From a virus (taxonomy: Duplodnaviria > Caudoviricetes), in IMG/VR virus record IMGVR_UViG_3300012940_000101, positions 1 to 24,921 of that record: DNA of 24,921 nt, one strand, 5' to 3'. The translations under genes were made by a program, and so were the position numbers. The notes under the pieces are model-generated. The model was not told where the DNA came from, did no database searches, and saw only the letters and a list, made by a program, of their open reading frames with translations. This document shows, in pieces, positions 18,700 to 24,900 of the stretch (the first letter of the stretch is position 1; every line of letters starts with the position of its first letter).

Positions 18700-19526
18700 T
18701 GCTCAGCAGGGTCGAAGTCCGAACTCGTCAGGGCGACCTGCTCAAGCTTCCCCTCCTGGAGGAGAACGACTCCGGCTATATTATTGCGGAGATGGATGGG
18801 ATCGGACCGGTCAAGGCCACCCTGGTCTCTTCGAGCTTTGCAGGAGTGGACGGAGAGATCTACCAGTCCGCCAGGAGGGAAGCTCGAAACATCACCATGA
18901 AACTGGAACTCGACCCTGATCCAGCAACCGACAGCGTATGGGGACTTCGGAACAGGCTGTACGACTTCTTCATGCCAAAGTCTGAAGTCTCCCTGCGCTA
19001 TATTCTCCAAACCGGGCTCGCGGTTGAGATCATGGGACGGGTGGAATCCTGCTCTCCTGACCACTTCTCACGGGAGCCTATGGTGGATATTTCCATCATG
19101 TGCTTCCAGCCGGATTTTTACGAGCTCGGGTCGAGGACCCTGTCCGGTCTCCTCACGGACGACGCCGACTACACGCAATTCGAGTACGAAGGCACCGTGG
19201 AAACCGGTATTGTCGTCACGGTGAAGCCGGACAGGTCCTTGGATGAACTCACCGTCTACCATCTTCGCCCCGACGGTGAAACGGAGACGCTGACGTATGA
19301 CAACGCTCCCTTGCAATCCGGCGACGAGCTGACCATCAGCACCGTCTTCGGCGAGAAGGGAGCGACTCTCAAGCGGAGTGGCGTTGTCAGCTCGGTTCTC
19401 TATGGCATCTCGCCGGTGTCCAAGTGGATCGAGTTGCAGCCCGGACTCAACGGAATCCGTGTCTACGCGACAGGAACCGGAGTTCCCGTGACCATCGAGT
19501 ACGTCACTAAGTACGGAGGGTTGTGA
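18699..19526 (+). CDS. Distal tail protein (Dit-like)
   Basis: Immediately after the tape measure (TAATG overlap). DGEIYQSARREARNITMKL and WIELQPGLNGI motifs. Confidence 0.8.
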   Translation: MLSRVEVRTRQGDLLKLPLLEENDSGYIIAEMDGIGPVKATLVSSSFAGVDGEIYQSARREARNITMKLELDPDPATDSVWGLRNRLYDFFMPKSEVSLRYILQTGLAVEIMGRVESCSPDHFSREPMVDISIMCFQPDFYELGSRTLSGLLTDDADYTQFEYEGTVETGIVVTVKPDRSLDELTVYHLRPDGETETLTYDNAPLQSGDELTISTVFGEKGATLKRSGVVSSVLYGISPVSKWIELQPGLNGIRVYATGTGVPVTIEYVTKYGGL

Positions 19527-20692
19527 TGGAAGCCTATATTCTTGACCCCCTCCTCCGTCGGCAGGAAGTCATCGACAGCTTCGAGTCTTTCATCTGGACC
19601 GAGAGATTCCAGGCGTACGGTGACTTCCAGCTGGATCTTCTCCCGAACACCAGATACCGGTCGCTCATCAAGACTGGCACCCGACTCGCCATGAACGAGT
19701 CCTACAGGGTAATGGAGGTCGAAACCCTAGAGGATACCGTCGATACAGAAGGGAGGCAGATACTCACTATCAAGGGGCGCTCGATCGAGTCCATTCTCGA
19801 GAGCCGCGTCGCCAAGGAATCAGACGACGATTTGGAAACCTCTCCTAAGTGGGTGATTACCGACGAACCAGCCAAGGTAGCCAGGAAGATCTTCCACGAT
19901 ATTTGCGTCGAAGGAGTTCTTGATCCGGGCGACGTGATTCCGTTCATCGTCGAGGGAACCTTCATGCCGGAGGACACGCTCGCCGAGCCGGTAGATCCGA
20001 TCACAGTAGAGCTGGAACCCACCACAGTCTACGACGCGATCAAAGAGATCTGCGAAGTCTGGAATCTCGGTTTCCGAATCCTTCGACAGACGGACGATTC
20101 CAAGCTCTACTTCGACGTTTATTCCGGAAGTGATCGTACCACGGGTCAGACGACTCTTCCGCCGGTTATATTTGCGCCGGGACTGGACAACCTCCAGAAC
20201 ATCAAAGAGCTGACCACGGTTGAGAAGGCGAAGAACGTTGCCTATGTATTTTCTCCGGCGGGTTTTCAGAAGGTGTATGCGCTGGACGTCGAGGAAGATA
20301 TTTCAGGCTTTGATCGCCGCGTCCTCGTCGTCAACGCAAGCGACATCACCACCGACAACCCGAACCCCGTCTCGGCCATGATTCAGCGGGGTAAGGAGGA
20401 ACTCGCCAAGAACAAGGCTATGCAGAGTCTCGATGGCGAGATCAGCCAGTTCAGTCAGTATCGGTACGGCGTCGACTACAACCTCGGCGACATCGTGGAG
20501 ATGCGTAACTCGAATGGTGTGACGAATAACATGCGCGTCACGGAGCAGATATTTGTACAGGACCGGGAAGGTCAGCGCTCCTACCCGACGCTCACCGTCA
20601 ACACCTTCATCACGACCGGATCCTGGCTGTCCTGGCTCAACAACAAGGTCTGGTCTGAACTCACGGATGAGGAATGGGCCGACCAGCCTTGA
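19526..20692 (+). CDS. Baseplate hub / Tal-like minor tail protein (ReqiPepy6 gp37-like type)
   Basis: TGATG overlap with Dit. FESFIWTERF..YGDFQL N-terminus and YGVDYNLGDIV C-terminal motif. Confidence 0.8.
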   Translation: MEAYILDPLLRRQEVIDSFESFIWTERFQAYGDFQLDLLPNTRYRSLIKTGTRLAMNESYRVMEVETLEDTVDTEGRQILTIKGRSIESILESRVAKESDDDLETSPKWVITDEPAKVARKIFHDICVEGVLDPGDVIPFIVEGTFMPEDTLAEPVDPITVELEPTTVYDAIKEICEVWNLGFRILRQTDDSKLYFDVYSGSDRTTGQTTLPPVIFAPGLDNLQNIKELTTVEKAKNVAYVFSPAGFQKVYALDVEEDISGFDRRVLVVNASDITTDNPNPVSAMIQRGKEELAKNKAMQSLDGEISQFSQYRYGVDYNLGDIVEMRNSNGVTNNMRVTEQIFVQDREGQRSYPTLTVNTFITTGSWLSWLNNKVWSELTDEEWADQP

Positions 20693-20713
20693 TATTTGGA
20701 AGGGAGGTACGTC

Positions 20714-20953
20714 ATGGCTGTTGGCGATCAGGCGCAAGCCGCCGGTTACCCCATCGTCCCGGAGACGGGCGAAGAGGGTCGAGTCCGCTGGGGCGCCAGG
20801 GAGATCAACCGCACGCGTGACTTCATCGCGGCTCTCAAGGCCCTCATCCCTACTGGAAAGGCTGGCTACCGTACCGCTGGTGGAATTACCTCGGGTACGG
20901 CCGACCCGTCCGGTGGGAACGACGGGGATATTTACTTCAAGATCATCAACTAA
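20714..20953 (+). CDS. Small minor tail protein (79 aa)
   Basis: GGGAGG RBS before ATG 20714. GAREINRTRD and ITSGTADPSGGNDGDIYF motifs. Confidence 0.7.
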   Translation: MAVGDQAQAAGYPIVPETGEEGRVRWGAREINRTRDFIAALKALIPTGKAGYRTAGGITSGTADPSGGNDGDIYFKIIN

Positions 20954-20962
20954 GGTGGTGTC

Positions 20963-21949
20963 GTGACCGACTACACGAAAACCACCGGCGTAAACGGCAA
21001 GATGATGATCCGGGACTTGAACCCGAAGATCGAGTTCTGGTTCAAGGCCGGTTACGCCAGCGACTGGTGGAACGGTATGCCGTTCAACTGGACGGCCAAC
21101 GGTAAGACCACCTACAAGACCATCAACTACCCGAAGGGCGCCGAATGGTACAAGGTTGGCGAGGTCACCGTCACGACCTCCCAGACCGTCACCTTCAGGC
21201 TTCTTGAGAAGTCAAGCGCCACGGGTATCGGTGGACCGACTACATTTAGCCAGTATATTCAGCGGGCGACGGTACCGGCAAAGCCGACCACCCCGGTTAT
21301 TTCCCAGATCAAGGCTAACTCGGTCTACGTAACGTTCTCGGATGGTTCCAACGGCGGGTCTGCCATCACTTCAAGGCAGATCGGTTACGGCACCAACTCC
21401 TCAACGCCTCAGACCACCGTCAGCTCCAACAAGGCTACGACGATCACAGGGCTGACGCCGGGAACGACATACTACTTCTGGGCCAGGACGAGAAACGCAA
21501 TCGGTTGGTCGTCTTGGTCTGGAAGGGCAAGTGCTAAGACACTCAAGGTTCCGGATGCTCCCACTACGCCACTGTTGGCTGCTGTGCGCATGACTAGCGT
21601 GGATGTTGCCTTCACTGCGAATGGGAACGGCGGTTCCGCGATTACCGGCTTCGAGATCGGCTATAGCACAAGCTCGAGTGGCGACCCCACAACGCGTGTA
21701 GCCGCTACATCACCTGCCACGGTAACCGGGCTGACGCCGGGCACCACGTACTATTTTCGCGCCAGAGCCAAAAACTCGGTGGGATGGGGTCCGTGGTCTG
21801 GAGCCAGCAGCATCAGAACGATCGCGGGCGCTTACGTCAAGGTAGGCGCTCAGTGGAAGCTTGCAGTTCCTTATGTGAACGTAGGCGGTACTTGGAAACT
21901 AGCGGAACCGTGGGTCAGGAGCGTGGGGGTCTGGAAGAGAACAACATAA
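20963..21949 (+). CDS. Minor tail protein with two fibronectin type III domains and C-terminal Trp triple repeat
   Basis: Two copies of P..P...V...F...NGGSAIT...IGY...TGLTPGTTYYF.AR..N..GW..WS. C-terminal YVKVGAQW / YVNVGGTW / WVRSVGVW. Confidence 0.85.
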   Translation: MTDYTKTTGVNGKMMIRDLNPKIEFWFKAGYASDWWNGMPFNWTANGKTTYKTINYPKGAEWYKVGEVTVTTSQTVTFRLLEKSSATGIGGPTTFSQYIQRATVPAKPTTPVISQIKANSVYVTFSDGSNGGSAITSRQIGYGTNSSTPQTTVSSNKATTITGLTPGTTYYFWARTRNAIGWSSWSGRASAKTLKVPDAPTTPLLAAVRMTSVDVAFTANGNGGSAITGFEIGYSTSSSGDPTTRVAATSPATVTGLTPGTTYYFRARAKNSVGWGPWSGASSIRTIAGAYVKVGAQWKLAVPYVNVGGTWKLAEPWVRSVGVWKRTT

Positions 21950-21976
21950 GAAATGTATATTTAGGGGAGGGTGCGC

Positions 21977-22375
21977 ATGGAGACGTGGGTGCAGCTGGGC
22001 GTCACCTCTTTGGTTACGCTTTGCGCATCATCGGGCTTCTGGGGCTACGTGATGTACAAAGACAGAGCTAGAACGGCGATGTCGCGCCTCCTGATGGGAA
22101 TGGCATACGGAACCATCACGACCCTTGGGATCTCCTACATCGAACGGGGATGGATTACCAAGGACGAATATGAGGAGTTGCGCAAGTACTTCTTCGAGCC
22201 CTACAAGACACTCGGAGGCAATGGGGTCGCCGAGCGCATCATGTCGGAAGTCTCAAAGCTTCCCTTCCGATCGAACAGCCAGTATTCCGACATATTCCGG
22301 AATCCTACTGAGGGAGCAATCAACGATGTCCGGATCATCACACGCCGCGAAACCCAAAACGCCCCTCCTCAGTAA
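21977..22375 (+). CDS. Membrane protein of the lysis region (holin-associated)
   Basis: GGGGAGG RBS, N-terminal hydrophobic helix, and EYEEL...Y..LGGNG motif common in phage genes next to holins. Confidence 0.65.
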   Translation: METWVQLGVTSLVTLCASSGFWGYVMYKDRARTAMSRLLMGMAYGTITTLGISYIERGWITKDEYEELRKYFFEPYKTLGGNGVAERIMSEVSKLPFRSNSQYSDIFRNPTEGAINDVRIITRRETQNAPPQ

Positions 22376-22706
22376 TGGGGCTTACGACGTTCTGAAGAGA
22401 GCCGTCACGATCGTTCTTCCGGCTCTGAGCACGCTATATTTCACGCTGGCTCAGATCTGGAGTCTTCCGAAGTCCGAGGAGGTCGTGGGAACCATCGCGG
22501 CGGTCAACACCTTCCTCGGCGTGATCCTGGGTGTCTCGTCGAAGACGTACAACAATAGCGATGCGAAGTATACCGGTGAGATCCAGGTCGAAGATACGGG
22601 AGAACGGAAGGTAGTATCGCTGGTTGTCAATGGCGACCCGTACGATCTCGAACACATGAACGAGGCCACCTTCAAGATCAGTCGGGAAGGTCAAGCACTC
22701 TCTTAG
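22326..22706 (+). CDS. Holin, Dp-1-like (126 aa)
   Basis: LSNGAYDVLK...VLPALSTLYFTLAQIW.LP...VVGTIAAVNTFLGVILGVSS..Y pattern with two transmembrane segments. GAGGGAG RBS; overlaps the upstream gene by 50 nt. Confidence 0.82.
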   Translation: MSGSSHAAKPKTPLLSNGAYDVLKRAVTIVLPALSTLYFTLAQIWSLPKSEEVVGTIAAVNTFLGVILGVSSKTYNNSDAKYTGEIQVEDTGERKVVSLVVNGDPYDLEHMNEATFKISREGQALS

Positions 22707-22715
22707 CAGGAGTGC
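22695..22715 (+). terminator. Possible hairpin at the end of the late operon
   Basis: GCACTC / GAGTGC stem spanning the holin stop codon, with only a weak U-tract. Confidence 0.3.
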
Positions 22716-22731
22716 CGGTTCGTCACGGGGC

Positions 22732-22774
22732 TCGCACGTTTTGCAGGCCCTTTAATGAGACCCCTCGGAAAGGA
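22732..22774 (+). promoter_or_regulatory. Repeated promoter-like element, copy 1 (TCGCA...TTTAAT-GAGACCCC...GAAAGGA)
   Basis: One of four copies with identical internal spacing, each followed by an RBS and start codon. Confidence 0.75.
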
Positions 22775-22783
22775 ACGGAACTG

Positions 22784-23083
22784 ATGTTCACTTTCACCGG
22801 CAAGGAAAAGGATCAGAAGCCGACCTCCCTGGAGATGGAGATCGAGCGACTGTTCGGAATTCTTGAGGAACTGGACCCGACGAGCGAGGACTACGAGAGG
22901 GCTGCGAACCAGCTCGCCAAGCTGTACAAGTTGAAGGAGATCGACAACAACTCCAACAAGCCTGTCAGCAAGGACGAGGCGCTCAAGGCCCTCACGAACC
23001 TCACCGGGATTCTTCTGATCCTCAACTACGAACGGTTGAGCGTCATCACCACCAAGGCGTTCGGACTGATCAGGAAGGTGTGA
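22784..23083 (+). CDS. Hypothetical protein (99 aa) with a hydrophobic C-terminal segment
   Basis: ATG 22784 follows the GAAAGGA RBS of the repeated element. Bounded downstream by a strong terminator. Confidence 0.8.
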   Translation: MFTFTGKEKDQKPTSLEMEIERLFGILEELDPTSEDYERAANQLAKLYKLKEIDNNSNKPVSKDEALKALTNLTGILLILNYERLSVITTKAFGLIRKV

Positions 23084-23114
23084 CGAACTAACCATCCGCC
23101 CGACCGAAAGGAAG

Positions 23115-23163
23115 ACAGAGGCGTGTAGACCCTAGCACGGTTTACACGCCTTCTGTTTTTTTT
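23115..23163 (+). terminator. Intrinsic terminator
   Basis: ACAGA-GGCGTGTAGACC / GGTTTACACGCC-T-TCTGT stem (about 17 bp, 7-nt loop, one bulge) running into T8. Confidence 0.85.
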
Positions 23164-23187
23164 CTCCCGTTGCGTTCGGAGTTCAAA

Positions 23188-23421
23188 ATGCGAAACAAGC
23201 TGGCGATCGCTGTTATATTCTCTCCCCTTGCTGCCACCGCTTTTCTGATCCTCAAGGACGCCAGGAGACGCTACAAGAACCAGAAGCGTAAGGAATTCGA
23301 AATCAACGCGAGAAATCACGCTACTTTCGTCACGCTTCGGCTCTGGCTCGAAGGGGAAATCAACAGCAAGAAGGAACTCGACGAGGTTTGGCAGTTCGCC
23401 TATATGACCTACGGCCTCTGA
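23188..23421 (+). CDS. Hypothetical membrane-anchored protein (77 aa)
   Basis: GGAG RBS then TCAAAATG start. N-terminal hydrophobic helix LAIAVIFSPLAATAFLIL followed by a basic cluster. Confidence 0.7.
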   Translation: MRNKLAIAVIFSPLAATAFLILKDARRRYKNQKRKEFEINARNHATFVTLRLWLEGEINSKKELDEVWQFAYMTYGL

Positions 23422-23508
23422 TCGTATTTTCCTTCAAGTTATAGAAGACGAGTCCACGTCGGAACGTCTGATCGAGGCGAGGGACTAGTCTCGCCAGGCC
23501 GAAAGATC

Positions 23509-23546
23509 AACCCCCCCTGTACGGGGGTTTTGGGTTTTATATTTTT
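23509..23546 (+). terminator. Repeated terminator-like hairpin, diverged copy
   Basis: AACCCCC-CCTGTAC-GGGGGTT followed by TTGGGTTTTATATTTTT; similar to the copies at 23812 and 24196. Confidence 0.65.
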
Positions 23547-23551
23547 GCGGA

Positions 23552-23594
23552 TCGCACGAAATACACGTGCTTTTATGAGACCCCTAGAGGAAGG
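23552..23594 (+). promoter_or_regulatory. Repeated promoter-like element, copy 2 (TCGCA...TTTTAT-GAGACCCC...GAGGAAGG)
   Basis: Same spacing as copy 1; precedes ATG 23601. Confidence 0.75.
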
Positions 23595-23600
23595 CACGAA

Positions 23601-23801
23601 ATGATCCGCGAAATCCACGTGCAGGAAACCGCCAACCCGCTGAACTCCGGCATCATAGCCATATCGCCCGACGGCCGACAGGCTGCTTACATGCTTGTCG
23701 AGGAAGGGTGTGTGGTTGGTACCGTGTTCATCGGGCAGGGTGATTTCCACCGCATGACCGATCATCAGATCATCGAGCACGTCGCCAGAATTCTCTACTG
23801 A
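23601..23801 (+). CDS. Hypothetical protein (66 aa)
   Basis: Flanked directly by the promoter-like repeat and a terminator-like repeat. Confidence 0.75.
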   Translation: MIREIHVQETANPLNSGIIAISPDGRQAAYMLVEEGCVVGTVFIGQGDFHRMTDHQIIEHVARILY

Positions 23802-23805
23802 TCGC

Positions 23806-23846
23806 AAAAAGCCCGGCCCCTACAAGGGGTTTGGGTTTTATATTTT
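23806..23846 (+). terminator. Repeated terminator-like hairpin
   Basis: AAAAAGCCCGGCCCCT-ACA-AGGGGTTTGGGTTTT then ATATTTT. The 28-bp core is identical to 24196-24223. Confidence 0.75.
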
Positions 23847-23888
23847 CGACCTCGCGTCCGAGATTCCGAAGGAGACCAAAGACTGGCC

Positions 23889-23931
23889 TCGCATATTCTA
23901 CACGCGCTTTTATGAGACCCCGTCGAAAGGA
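23889..23931 (+). promoter_or_regulatory. Repeated promoter-like element, copy 3 (TCGCA...TTTTAT-GAGACCCC...GAAAGGA)
   Basis: Same spacing as the other copies; precedes GTG 23938. Confidence 0.75.
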
Positions 23932-23937
23932 AGCGCC

Positions 23938-24189
23938 GTGTTCGGTAAGAAGAACAAGAAGGCTCTGCAGATTTCTGTCGTAAACCACCCCAAGACTGAC
24001 GAAGGTGCGGTTTGCGAGGAGAGCAAGAAGGTCATCGATCCCGAAACCGTTCGGAACATCGCCGAACAGGGGAAGGAGTTCGCCAAGAAGCTTGCTCTCA
24101 TCGCAATCGGCACCTACGCCGCCATCAAGGCTATCGACACAGCGAGCCAAGTGATCGTCAACAAAACCAAGAACGGCAAGGAAGACTGA
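23938..24189 (+). CDS. Hypothetical protein (83 aa) with one hydrophobic helix
   Basis: Flanked by the promoter-like repeat and a terminator-like repeat. LALIAIGTYAAIKAI segment. Confidence 0.75.
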   Translation: MFGKKNKKALQISVVNHPKTDEGAVCEESKKVIDPETVRNIAEQGKEFAKKLALIAIGTYAAIKAIDTASQVIVNKTKNGKED

Positions 24190-24193
24190 TCTC

Positions 24194-24223
24194 AACCCGG
24201 CCCCTACAAGGGGTTTGGGTTTT
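24194..24223 (+). terminator. Repeated terminator-like hairpin
   Basis: AACCCGGCCCCT-ACA-AGGGGTTTGGGTTTT immediately after the stop at 24189. Confidence 0.7.
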
Positions 24224-24242
24224 CGCCGGAGAGGATGCTTTC

Positions 24243-24479
24243 GTGCACAGAAAGGCTTATCATTACGTCATAACCATCGAAGGTAGAAAGATCAACCCCG
24301 AGCCTGGCGCTTCTGAGATCGGATGGATTACTCTCGACGGGGTCGTCAAACTCAGCGAGGTCGCCACCCGTAAGGGTGTATACGATTACGCTCTCGCCAA
24401 CGCTTGCGCAATCGCCGGTCTTGAACGGGAGAATCCCAAAGTCCTGTTCTTCTCCGCAGAGCCGCAGTACTTCACCTAG
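24243..24479 (+). CDS. Hypothetical protein (78 aa)
   Basis: GGAGAGGA RBS at 24228-24235 before GTG 24243, in frame with the track ORF 24012..24479. Confidence 0.65.
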   Translation: MHRKAYHYVITIEGRKINPEPGASEIGWITLDGVVKLSEVATRKGVYDYALANACAIAGLERENPKVLFFSAEPQYFT

Positions 24480-24493
24480 AGAGGAATATTTTC

Positions 24494-24790
24494 ATGGCGA
24501 GGAACAACGAAGCGAACTTCACCTTTCCGAACCTCACGCCGCAGCTCATTGTCGCGCCGAACTTCGATCAGGCTCGTAGGTTCTGCGAGAAGATGGGGTG
24601 GAACCCTCGCTACGTCGAGGTCGCGATTTCGCCGAAGTACCTCGATGTTTTCTATACCCTGAAGGGATGGGAGGTTTGGTTCCTCGACGGCGAGTGGCCA
24701 TGCAGAACATACGAGCAGGTTCGGATAAGAGGGATCATGGAGAAGAAGCTCAGAAGACTCGACGCCGACATTCGCCACTGGTGGGCGTAA
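24494..24790 (+). CDS. Hypothetical protein (98 aa)
   Basis: GAGGA RBS before ATG 24494; no motif recognised. Confidence 0.7.
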   Translation: MARNNEANFTFPNLTPQLIVAPNFDQARRFCEKMGWNPRYVEVAISPKYLDVFYTLKGWEVWFLDGEWPCRTYEQVRIRGIMEKKLRRLDADIRHWWA

Positions 24791-24849
24791 GTCCGAAAGA
24801 GAAAACCATATTTTCCCCGGTGGGGTTTTCCGGAAAAAACTTTCCGGGC

Positions 24850-24892
24850 TCGCAAAAAATACAAGCCCTATAATGAGACCCCTACGAAAGGA
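24850..24892 (+). promoter_or_regulatory. Repeated promoter-like element, copy 4 (TCGCA...TATAAT-GAGACCCC...GAAAGGA)
   Basis: Same spacing as the other copies, with a perfect TATAAT at 24869-24874; precedes ATG 24901. Confidence 0.78.
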
Positions 24893-24900
24893 GCATCCTG

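Noticed and set aside
21270-21830. Diversity-generating retroelement template/variable repeat in the Fn3 tail gene
   Set aside because: The similarity is an ordinary diverged tandem Fn3 duplication within one ORF, differences are not adenine-specific, and no reverse transcriptase is in the window.
23450-23545. Hammerhead-ribozyme-like core (CTGATCGA...stem...CGAAA)
   Set aside because: The core has an extra base relative to CUGANGA, and I could not form convincing stems I and III around an NUH triplet. A covariance-model search would settle it.
22755-23604. 9-codon leader peptides starting at the ATG within the promoter repeat (MRPLGKERN, MRPLEEGTK) whose stops overlap the next start
   Set aside because: Present in only 2 of 4 copies, and the ATG overlaps the -10-like hexamer so it is probably not in the transcript. 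Revisit if the TSS maps to that A.
22732-24892. CRISPR array or integron attC array as an explanation of the right-end repeats
   Set aside because: Spacing is irregular (about 340-960 bp) and contains whole genes, repeats are degenerate, no cas or integrase gene is present, and I saw no attC-like RYYYAAC/GTTRRRY ends.
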